Assembly: GCA_963781885.1 (NCBI GenBank)
Contig: CAWAHW010000006.1
Coordinates: 32,001-96,000 of the forward strand
Origin: an uncultured Spirochaetota bacterium
GTDB taxonomy: Bacteria > Spirochaetota > Spirochaetia > SZUA-6 > Fen-1364
Direction of reading: 5' to 3'
DNA: 64,000 nucleotides
Position 1 is the first letter of the stretch, and every line of letters starts with the position of its first letter. Of the stretch, positions 30,688 through 38,927 are shown piece by piece. Under the pieces are notes generated by a model. The model was not told the origin of the DNA and made no database searches. It was given only the letters and a program-made list of their open reading frames with translations. A program made the position numbers and the translations under genes.

Positions 30688-31491
30688 TCAGGCTCTTTTT
30701 GATGCCTTCTTGGGCTTGACGTAGAAATATTTTAATACCCTTTTTATCAAGTCTTCAAGAGTGTTGAAATCTGCTATTACTTGTGGATGAAGATATACAA
30801 AATGGGATTTCTCTGAGAAAGAGTGTACATAAAAAGGGCTAGCCTTACCTAATCCGACAAGCTCATCTATTGTTGCAGTATAGCGCTCTGAATAGCCCTG
30901 TTTCGACAGAACGGTCAGACTATCGCTAAGTTTCTTGAAGCGCCTTTGATCACGTTTGCCTAAACCGGACGGAGGAACATAGGGAGGTATACGGTGGGCT
31001 AAAGCATCTCGGAAGTTTTTTGCATAATCATTGTACCAGGATAACATCTTAGCGCCAGATAGGTAGGTCCTTAAGCGCGGGCTCAGTTTCTCTCTGAAAT
31101 CATTTTTGAAGAACCCAACCGAATATGTTGCCTGTCTCTCTGGCTTTGCACTTGAAACTAGCTCGTTTTCAAAGGCAAGTGACAAGGCTAGATTCTCTAT
31201 CACTCCATAGGTATTAATCAAAAAAGCATGTAAGCTGATCTCGAGATCTAATCTGTCTTCATTTGTCAGCTTTTCGGCCCTGCTCGGAGGAAAAAGCCGG
31301 AATATATTTTCGACGCATCTGTTTATGATAAACAAACGCCGAGTTACACCGTTGGATAGGTATTCGATTGCACGAGCATTATTCATTTTGCCTGAGAAGG
31401 CCTGAAGATTCATTACGAGATCATAGTGTTTGAATCTAAGGCTATGTATTTGCTGCTCGATTTTTGCCAGTGCGGTAGGCGTATAGTGCAT
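30688..31491 (-). CDS. Hypothetical protein with HEPN-type RxxxxH motif
   Basis: FRDALAHR in a helical protein. Confidence 0.7.
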   Translation of the reverse strand: MHYTPTALAKIEQQIHSLRFKHYDLVMNLQAFSGKMNNARAIEYLSNGVTRRLFIINRCVENIFRLFPPSRAEKLTNEDRLDLEISLHAFLINTYGVIENLALSLAFENELVSSAKPERQATYSVGFFKNDFREKLSPRLRTYLSGAKMLSWYNDYAKNFRDALAHRIPPYVPPSGLGKRDQRRFKKLSDSLTVLSKQGYSERYTATIDELVGLGKASPFYVHSFSEKSHFVYLHPQVIADFNTLEDLIKRVLKYFYVKPKKASKRA

Positions 31492-31504
31492 TGTCTCTCC
31501 TGAA

Positions 31505-31618
31505 ATCTAACATAGAGTTCAGCACCCGGCCCGCATCAGATTGCACTACGCCGATTTGCACCGAAAGCGGGTCTATTCAAGGAAATTCAGCCTGGAGTGC
31601 TGCAACGATTTGTTATGT
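31505..31618 (-). repeat. attC site (family C)
   Basis: Family C arms. Confidence 0.93.
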
Positions 31619-31959
31619 TCAAGGCAGAATGGACTTGTAGTCTACGCTATGCAGAAGTCAATTCCTTTGGCCAGAATTGCGTCCGTAGGTTTTGCCAAGA
31701 GCGGCGTTGCCACGGTCTGCGGGGATTGGGCAATAGGTACGGGCGCAAAGCCGAGCGCGGCTCTGTTTCCCGCTGCGTCCGGACTGAACGGAAGAGAAGA
31801 AATACTTGATCGTCCAAGCTTGGGCACCGGACAGAAAAAGTCTTTCGGACCAGAGGCCGCGATGTTTCAGAGGCCCAAATGAACCTAACCTCTTGAAGAC
31901 TCTTCAACTATCCAAAGATTCGAGAAGAAGGTAAAAGTTCAATTTCCTTCGAACATAAC
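31612..31959. repeat. Gene-less cassette type 1, copy 4
   Basis: Homologous to 13035-13383. Confidence 0.85.
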
Positions 31960-32067
31960 ATAGAGTTGAGCACCCGGCCCGCATCAAAGGGCAGATTGTG
32001 TATCAGAGACGTCGGCGGCCGATTCAGACCAAATTCTAGCCCGGAGTGCTCCAACGATTTGTTAGGC
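31953..32067 (-). repeat. attC site (family A)
   Basis: Family A arms. Confidence 0.93.
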
Positions 32068-32076
32068 AATTCCCGA

Positions 32077-32961
32077 TTAATCCTCCAGCGCAAGGAACCA
32101 GACAGGTCGTAGGGGAAAGAGCCTGCGCTGGTCCTCTGGGATATCCTTGTAGTGCTCAACCCAGAGGTCAAACAGCCGCCTAGAGTCAAGTAGCATCAGA
32201 CGGCGCTTCTCTTGCCCTCTGGCCTCGGTTTCTGCGTCTGAAGTAAATCCAGCAGTAGTAACGAAGATGCCGATATCGTCTTCACCTAGTAGCGCCATAA
32301 AAGAGCGAATTTCGGCAACGTTTATCTTGTCGGCGCGACGCTTAACTTGAACTTTGATTCGGCCCCCCTGAACACCAAGCGGGTCTTGGTGTGCGATCAC
32401 GTCCACGCCTTTATCTGCTCCCGGAGGTGACACCCACGACACGTGATAGCCCATGCCTCTAAGCAAACCAGCAACAAGTTCCTGAAAGTCATATGGATTC
32501 ATTGCACCGAGATGCTCCTGTATTTCAGCCCAAGCGGCTTCCTCGGATTGTTCCAAGGTGGCACTTGGGCCAGGAGATTCATTAGCATCTTCAGCGTCTT
32601 GATCATCTGGTTGGCCCTTCTTCCATTGTCGATATAGTTTGGCTGCTTGTCTCATGAAGTCGGCGGGGTCCTTGTACTTGTCGTAAGCCGTTTTGCCTTC
32701 CTCGGTGATCGTCCACTGCCCCTTGTTTTTTTGCATCCAGCCTGCTTTTACCGGGCCTATTGTGGAGAACCTGACTATCTTTTCGAAGCGTCGGATATCG
32801 GGCCGCTGAGGATAGTAGCTCTTCTCGAACTCGGTGAGCTCCATCTCTTTGGAGAGAAGATCAAGCGCCTTGCTAGCTGGCACTCCATCTGGATTTCGCA
32901 TCAGTATCTCGAACAGCTTCCGTATCAGTTCTCCGGAACGCTTGCGTGTTGTCTCAGCCAC
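32077..32961 (-). CDS. mrr: Mrr-family (type IV) restriction endonuclease
   Basis: N-terminal wHTH, DFQELVAGLL, DKGVDV, VQVKR, FVTT..FT. Confidence 0.9.
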   Translation of the reverse strand: MAETTRKRSGELIRKLFEILMRNPDGVPASKALDLLSKEMELTEFEKSYYPQRPDIRRFEKIVRFSTIGPVKAGWMQKNKGQWTITEEGKTAYDKYKDPADFMRQAAKLYRQWKKGQPDDQDAEDANESPGPSATLEQSEEAAWAEIQEHLGAMNPYDFQELVAGLLRGMGYHVSWVSPPGADKGVDVIAHQDPLGVQGGRIKVQVKRRADKINVAEIRSFMALLGEDDIGIFVTTAGFTSDAETEARGQEKRRLMLLDSRRLFDLWVEHYKDIPEDQRRLFPLRPVWFLALED

Positions 32962-32992
32962 TTCTTACCTCCACCACCGTGACCTTTGAATT

Positions 32993-33106
32993 GCCTAACA
33001 TAGAGTTGACCAGCGCCGCCGCATCATCCAGCCTCACCCGACGATTAGGACAAAGTTGGGTCTATCCAGACAAATCCAAGGCGACTGGTCCAACGATTTG
33101 TTATGT
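32993..33106 (-). repeat. attC site (family B)
   Basis: Family B arms. Confidence 0.93.
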
Positions 33107-33128
33107 TCAGCCTGGTTCCGAATGGACC

Positions 33129-33890
33129 TCAGACGGCTGGAAGTCCACATTTAATTCGATATTCGTTGATTATCTCACGCTCCCGAGGCGGATAATTCTG
33201 CTGGCGGACTTCCCAAAGCTGCGGATTGCTCTCCGGCATGAGTAGAACGCTGCTATTGCAAGCTATGGAATCGAGCATCCGGACGATATCCGGCCTGCTA
33301 TCGCTGCCAACTGGGTGCACCACGTTAGGAGCATAGGACAGGGGGACGAACAAGTTCTCCAGGTTGAAACACAGGCAGTTGTAGATTCCGTTAAGGCTGT
33401 CTCTGATAGAATCAATTTCTGTGATATGAAGCCATTCAATTTGCGTTCGATCGAGGAGTGAGGATTGATTCAAATGGGCGATCTGGTTGTTTCTGATTCT
33501 ATCAGCCTTTTGTAGTAGCTCCCGTTGTTTCTTTTCAATTCGCGCCTTACGCAAGTGAGTTCGGTACTCCATTGCAAACTGCTCTTTAACATGCGTTGCA
33601 ATATCATTTTTGAATTTGGGGAGGCTGTAGGCTTTTGATTCATTGTCAAGCAAGAGCCGATGTGTAATTGTGATGACGACCTCCATTCCGTTTAGAATTG
33701 TCATGTAAAAGAAGACGTTCCCGTTGCCGTCTCCGAACAACCAAAAAGGGAAATTGATGACCTTGTCCAGTATAAATACCGTTGTGTTAAGTTGCACCAT
33801 CTCTGAGAAAAACGCGGTCTGCGCCATTTGGTACTGCTGGAGATAGTTGTTTTCGAGAACTTGCTCGGCTGGTAGAGGAAAGCAGTCCAT
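33129..33890 (-). CDS. HEPN (AbiU2-like) domain protein
   Basis: RLLLD..YSL, IRNNQIAH. Confidence 0.68.
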   Translation of the reverse strand: MDCFPLPAEQVLENNYLQQYQMAQTAFFSEMVQLNTTVFILDKVINFPFWLFGDGNGNVFFYMTILNGMEVVITITHRLLLDNESKAYSLPKFKNDIATHVKEQFAMEYRTHLRKARIEKKQRELLQKADRIRNNQIAHLNQSSLLDRTQIEWLHITEIDSIRDSLNGIYNCLCFNLENLFVPLSYAPNVVHPVGSDSRPDIVRMLDSIACNSSVLLMPESNPQLWEVRQQNYPPREREIINEYRIKCGLPAV

Positions 33891-33948
33891 GATTACATCT
33901 CCAGTTCTTGGTTGACGCCAACTTAGTCACTTACCCGTCTTTGGCTGA

Positions 33949-34062
33949 ACATAACATAGAGTTCAGCACCCGGCCCGCATCAGATTGCACTACGCCGATT
34001 TGCACCGAAAGCGGGTCTATTCAAGGAAATTCAGCCTGGAGTGCTGCAACGATTTGTTATGT
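33949..34062 (-). repeat. attC site (family C)
   Basis: Family C arms. Confidence 0.93.
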
Positions 34063-34404
34063 TCAAGGCAGAATGGACTTGTAGTCTACGCTACGCAGAA
34101 GTCAATTCCTTTGGCCAGAATTGCGTCCGTAGGTTTTGCCAAGAGCGGCGTTGCCACGGTCTGCGGGGATTGGGCAACAGGTACGGGCGCAAAGCGGAAT
34201 GCGGCTCTGTCTCCCGCTGCATCCGGACTGAACGGAAGAGAAGAAATACTTGATCGTCCAGGCTTGGGACACCGGAAAGAAAAAGTCTTTCGGACCAGAG
34301 GCCGCGATGTTTCAGAAGTCCAAATGAACCTAACCTCTTGAAGACTCTTTAACTATCCAAAGATTCTGGAAGAAGGTGAAAGTTCAATTTCCTTAGAACA
34401 TAAC
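34056..34404. repeat. Gene-less cassette type 1, copy 5
   Basis: Near-identical to 13035-13383. Confidence 0.85.
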
Positions 34405-34512
34405 ATAGAGTTGACCAGCGCCGCCGTGTCAACCAGCACCACCCGACGATTAGGAAAAAGTTGGGTCAATCCAGACAAATTCTCAGGCGACTGGTCCAAC
34501 GATTTGTTAGAA
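34398..34512 (-). repeat. attC site (family B)
   Basis: Family B arms. Confidence 0.93.
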
Positions 34513-34555
34513 GGCGGACCGTAGTCCGATTGGATCTGGCCTTATTGCTTGTACG

Positions 34556-35131
34556 CTACCAAACCCAAGGTATTAGCTTCTTTGTATTCCTTCTGTATTC
34601 TGAATAGTCCGATCCTATGGACGTAACCATGGCGGCTTCTTCCACATGAATTCTGTATATGAGCGCTGCCAGTGGAAGCAAGACCGCAATCGCAAGCGAA
34701 AGCCAGTTTTGGACGGCAATGCCATATCCACAACACATAAGAATCAATCCGCTGTAGGAAGGATGTCGTATCAGTTTATAGGGGCCCTTTCTTATTACTT
34801 TCTGACTGTCATGTGTTTCAACAGTTGTGCGGAACGAAGTGCCCAATGTGGCAACAGCCCATATGCGTAGCGCTAATCCCAAAAGCATAATAAACAGACC
34901 GATCCCGAAAACAGTATCCGACCTCCCGCCTGGGAAAAAGAACATTGAAAAGCCATTTGTGAGAGCCGCTCCGGTGATACCGACAGCCATTGCAATCAGA
35001 TTGAAGTATCGAGTGCCGCGGTCGTCTTCAGTCTTGCCTCTGCCGCGGGCACGATCACGAAGCATCAGCCAGATTTCAAACGCGATCCAAATAGCCGAAA
35101 CTACTGCCAGCAAGGTAAAGAATAGGGCCAT
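34556..35131 (-). CDS. Isoprenylcysteine carboxyl methyltransferase family protein
   Basis: GPYKLIRHPSYSG, RIHVEE. Confidence 0.88.
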   Translation of the reverse strand: MALFFTLLAVVSAIWIAFEIWLMLRDRARGRGKTEDDRGTRYFNLIAMAVGITGAALTNGFSMFFFPGGRSDTVFGIGLFIMLLGLALRIWAVATLGTSFRTTVETHDSQKVIRKGPYKLIRHPSYSGLILMCCGYGIAVQNWLSLAIAVLLPLAALIYRIHVEEAAMVTSIGSDYSEYRRNTKKLIPWVW

Positions 35132-35216
35132 TGGGTCTGCCTTTCAGCCGATCAAGAAAGTCTCAAACAGGTAGACAGAGCATACCTTTTTTGAACGAGA
35201 ATGTCTTTGGGCCGCC

Positions 35217-35331
35217 TTCTAACATAGAGTTCAGTACCCGGCCCGCATCAAAACGGCACCACACCGATTTGCACCGGCAGCGGGTCTTCCCAGATGAGTT
35301 CACGCCGGAGTACTGCAACGACTTGTTAGAC
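35217..35331 (-). repeat. attC site (family C)
   Basis: Family C arms. Confidence 0.93.
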
Positions 35332-35381
35332 CCCGATCCCTTCTATCGAGGAAAGTATCGGCATATCAGATCTTTCGTTTA

Positions 35382-36023
35382 TCAGAGTTTGATTCCAATT
35401 ATGATATTGGGAAGTACGTATAAGTTAGGGAAATGAAAAGCTGGATTCGTTTGCTCTATTTGGCTGAAGCTTGTTGGTTCATTGCTTTTGTAAATGTCGA
35501 AGCCAACAATTGCCTCTGGGCAAATGTAAAATGAGAGCATTCCGAGCTTGAAGTCTATCTGATAACCAAGATGGATTTCATTCCAGATTTCAAAACTATT
35601 GGCAGAAATGCTGGCATTGTTGTCAGTGTAATGAGCGATTCCTGGGAGTAGAATGTATTCGGCGTACAGGCCAGCCCATAGATGGCGCTTGTAGCCTAAG
35701 ATTGGCGAAAGAAGCAGATAGCTTCCGGGATAAGCGCCTCCGAAAAGGGCATTTGTTCCATAGAGAGAATAGAAGCCGGTAACGAGCTGATCTTGCGGCG
35801 TTAGCTGAAAAAGATACCTAAGAAAGTAGATGCCAAAGAACGGATCTATTGCGCTAGTCTCAATGGCATTCCGGAGTGGGACTACCGGGGTTGTTTGCAT
35901 TGCCTGTTGGTCTGCAAGTGAAGCGATGCACCGGGCGGAGAAAGAAAGGGGCTCCGCGCCGATAAAAATCACTTGAAGAAGGAAAGTGATAATCAGAAGC
36001 GGAAGCATTTTGCGCACCTTCAA
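35382..36023 (-). CDS. Secreted hypothetical protein, possible beta-barrel
   Basis: Signal peptide, aromatic alternating strands. Confidence 0.65.
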   Translation of the reverse strand: MKVRKMLPLLIITFLLQVIFIGAEPLSFSARCIASLADQQAMQTTPVVPLRNAIETSAIDPFFGIYFLRYLFQLTPQDQLVTGFYSLYGTNALFGGAYPGSYLLLSPILGYKRHLWAGLYAEYILLPGIAHYTDNNASISANSFEIWNEIHLGYQIDFKLGMLSFYICPEAIVGFDIYKSNEPTSFSQIEQTNPAFHFPNLYVLPNIIIGIKL

Positions 36024-36125
36024 GAACCTCCAGTGGTCGTTTCGGCAAACACATTTCTGAAGTTCGGAGATAGTACTGCGGAAAGGTCATGTAATTCCAC
36101 TGGCCGAATGCCAAAATCTATCGGG

Positions 36126-36240
36126 GTCTAACATGGAGTTGAGCACCCGGCCCGCATCAGACAAAAATCACAACGATTTGCTCCGGAAGCGGGTCTAATG
36201 GAGCAAATTCAGCCTGGAGTGCTCCAACGATTTGTTAAAC
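36126..36240 (-). repeat. attC site (family A), first cassette
   Basis: Family A arms. Confidence 0.93.
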
Positions 36241-36490
36241 GGCTCCTGATACCCTTGGCACAAATCTGCTGGAATCCCAGAACGCCATGCCGTGTGATCC
36301 CTTGTCGGCTTCGTGCTGCTCAAATCCTGTTGTTGTTGATAGAGCTTTGCCGCATTCGACCAAGAAGCTAAGGTATCGCGACTTGCCCCCAGCTTCCTTA
36401 AGCCTAGGTTGGGATGTTCTGCTATCTGTTGCAAGGCTTGGCGCCTACATCTGTGTTGCCCTCGGTCCGGAGAATCCGTTCACGTTCAAA

Positions 36491-36724
36491 TCACTTCTTC
36501 TCAAGTAGCTTGTTTAGAAATGATACGTCATTTTCTAGTTGAAGCATCTTTTCGTTCTTGTCATTAATCAGTAGTTCCAGATGTGCTACCTTTTTCTCCA
36601 TTTCGTCAACTTTCAATTTTGTCTCGTTGTCCAACCTATTTCTTCTTTTTGTAAGAAAGTCAAAACCTGAGGCAAAAACCGTCATTAGAACAACTCCGCC
36701 GACTATGATGAATGCAAGGCCCAT
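36491..36724 (-). CDS. Small membrane-anchored coiled-coil protein (first cassette)
   Basis: N-terminal TM + heptads; AAGGAG RBS. Confidence 0.75.
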   Translation of the reverse strand: MGLAFIIVGGVVLMTVFASGFDFLTKRRNRLDNETKLKVDEMEKKVAHLELLINDKNEKMLQLENDVSFLNKLLEKK

Positions 36725-36942
36725 ATAGTTCTCCTTTGCCGTGAACCGACTAGAAGCACTATTCACGCTACCAAAGAAAAGAAGCTAATTCCGGTTGCTT
36801 AGCTTTGACGATTCGCTAAAGACGGTTGCAGAAATGGAGTAGCATGTTTGCTTCACCATGGCAATATCCGAAAACAACACAAAGCCGCATTTAGACTACC
36901 AAGATGCGTTCGATGTCAACGAGTCGCCTTTTTCGGGAATTT

Positions 36943-36975
36943 GGAGCCGCTTAACAATATATTAGAGCGTTTTGG
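36943..36975 (-). other. Putative attI site (crossover G/TT at 36955)
   Basis: - strand CTCTAATATATT-GTTAAGC; GTTAAGCGGCTCC matches the first cassette's end gttaaacggctcc at 36234; no attC arms upstream. Confidence 0.8.
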
Positions 36976-37106
36976 CGGATAATAAGACGATTGGCGCGTC
37001 TCTTCGATCGGGCGCCATGCAGTTGGCGGCGATTATCTGCAAGCAAAAATAATCTGTCGCGCGTATGGTTATGCGGTCGTTATCTTCATCGGCCAGGAGA
37101 TACATT

Positions 37107-38444
37107 ATGAAGCCATTCTTTGACTTTCTCAGGGAAAAGGGGAGAGTCGGCGAGCGCGAGCGTCCATTTTACCAGCGTTGGGTTGACACATACATCCGGC
37201 AGGCGAAGCGGGATACAGTTGACGCAGCGTCCTTGAAAGCGTTCATCGCCGAGGTGGAGACGACCCATGAGGACTGGCAGGTCGCGCAGGCAAGGCATGC
37301 GCTGCAGTTGTACTGCTACTACCGGGCGCATTTCTGCGGAGCAAAGAATCCGCATGGGCAGAACCCGGCGGAAACAACGGGGACGGCGGCAGGCGATTGC
37401 GCGCGCAGTGGCGAAGCAGGTGAGAGGCGTGCCCAATCGCCGGGGTCTTCGCGAAATTCACTGAGCTGGAATGACGCAAAGGACTCCATGGTACAGGCGA
37501 TGCGGCTGCGCCATCTCTCATTGCGCACGGAAAGCAGCTACATGGACTGGGTCGTTCAGTTTGCATTATTTATGAATGGCAAGCCGTGCGCCCGTCTCAC
37601 GGAAGACGATCTGAAATGCTTCCTTTCATACCTTGCGGTTGAGAAGAAGGTCGCCGCGGCAACGCAGAAGTTGGCGTTCAATGCGCTCCTGTTTTTCTAT
37701 AGAAACATACTTGCCGTTGAGATCAGCGGCTTGAATACCGTGGTGCCGTCGCACGTTCCCCGGAGGCTCCCCGTGGTGCTGGCAACGGAAGAGGTCGCCA
37801 GGGTGTTATCGCACATGGAGGGTTCCTGTCGGCTCATGGCGACCCTCATTTATGGCGGGGGCCTTCGGCTGAGCGAATGCCTTTCGTTGCGGGTCAAAGA
37901 CATCGATTTCGCGAGAAACTGCTTGACGATCCGGGGGGGCAAAGGGGACAAGGACCGGGAAACGGTGCTGCCGGAGAGGATCATCATGGGACTCACGCAA
38001 CACCTCATGCGGGTCAGGGCGCTCTACAATCAGGATCGGGAAAGATCCCTGGAAGGGGTCGCGATTCCCGGGGCCCTGGACAGGAAATACACGGGTGCGA
38101 GCAGGGAGTGGGGCTGGTATTGGGTGTTCCCTTCGCCAGTGCTCAGCATGGATCCCGTGGCGCATGTCGTTCGCCGGTTTCACGTCTACCCGACGACCCT
38201 GCAAAGCGCGTTCCGAAAGGCGGTCCGGGAAGCAGGCATTCTCAAACGGGCGAGCGTGCACACGCTTCGGCACAGTTTTGCCACTCATTTGATCGAAAGG
38301 GGATACGACATAAGGACTGTTCAGGAGCTCCTGGGCCATACGGATGTCTCCACGACGATGATCTACACGCACGTGGCAACAAGAAACAAGCTTGGGGTCA
38401 GGAGTCCGATTGATGCTTTGGAGGGACACATAGCTCCATCATAG
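37107..38444 (+). CDS. intI: Integron integrase (tyrosine recombinase)
   Basis: GLR, GKGDKDR, HTLRHSFATHL, LGH..TTMIYTH plus integron-specific insert ALDRKY..WYWVFP; AGGAGA RBS. Confidence 0.97.
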   Translation: MKPFFDFLREKGRVGERERPFYQRWVDTYIRQAKRDTVDAASLKAFIAEVETTHEDWQVAQARHALQLYCYYRAHFCGAKNPHGQNPAETTGTAAGDCARSGEAGERRAQSPGSSRNSLSWNDAKDSMVQAMRLRHLSLRTESSYMDWVVQFALFMNGKPCARLTEDDLKCFLSYLAVEKKVAAATQKLAFNALLFFYRNILAVEISGLNTVVPSHVPRRLPVVLATEEVARVLSHMEGSCRLMATLIYGGGLRLSECLSLRVKDIDFARNCLTIRGGKGDKDRETVLPERIIMGLTQHLMRVRALYNQDRERSLEGVAIPGALDRKYTGASREWGWYWVFPSPVLSMDPVAHVVRRFHVYPTTLQSAFRKAVREAGILKRASVHTLRHSFATHLIERGYDIRTVQELLGHTDVSTTMIYTHVATRNKLGVRSPIDALEGHIAPS

Positions 38445-38449
38445 TCACG

Positions 38450-38470
38450 AGCCTGGCCCGGAGGCTTTTT
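38450..38470 (+). terminator. Possible intrinsic terminator after intI
   Basis: agcct..aggct stem followed by T run. Confidence 0.4.
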
Positions 38471-38927
38471 CGCAGGGCAAGACATGGAGTACAGCGAGCG
38501 CCGCCGAAACGCGCTGCTTGCCGGACGCTGTAGAAGCGGGGTATCCGGGTTGCAGGCATTCTACACTGTGATTCGGGTCTCGTAAACAAAAAAAGGGGAC
38601 CCCGCGCGAGATTGGCAAGGCACGGGGACCGCGGAAACAGGGGCGGGCCGTGGACTTCGAGGTGAGTGATAGGGCAGGTTGGAGGGGGACGAAGGATGGG
38701 TTGAAAGTCGCGAATGGAGGCAGACCGCGACCGGCCTTTCGGACGTAGCGTGCGAGGGGCAGAGTGGTATCGGGTCGCGGGGTCGGCTGTTTGGGCGGCA
38801 GGGCGAGGTGAAGGATATGCGCTGGAGGGCCAGGGCAGCGAAGCCCCCCTTGCGCGGCCGGGGGGGGAGGTAACATGCTTGGGCCACCCGCGCGCAGGCC
38901 GCGATGGAGGAAGGAGAGCACGCACCC

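Larger units (their letters stand above)
1..36955 (-). mobile_element. Integron gene-cassette array (41 attC sites, continues beyond left edge)
   Basis: ~114 bp imperfect palindromes with RYYTAAC...GTTRRRY-type ends separate gene-sized unique segments; most ORFs are on -; adjacent intI. Confidence 0.97.

Noticed and set aside
544-35436. Many short ORFs containing NIELSTRPAS / NIELTSAAAS / RAGCSTLC
   Set aside because: They are translations through attC repeats, not a protein family
531-36240. Regular repeats read as a CRISPR array
   Set aside because: Repeats are ~114 bp attC-type palindromes separated by gene-sized segments next to intI; no cas genes are present
36860-37110. Assignment of Pc, Pint or a LexA box
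   Set aside because: Only weak or mis-spaced hexamers were found; no recognisable SOS box
38471-38927. Riboswitch or ncRNA upstream of mtnA
   Set aside because: No recognisable SAM or other aptamer consensus by eye; an Rfam scan would be needed
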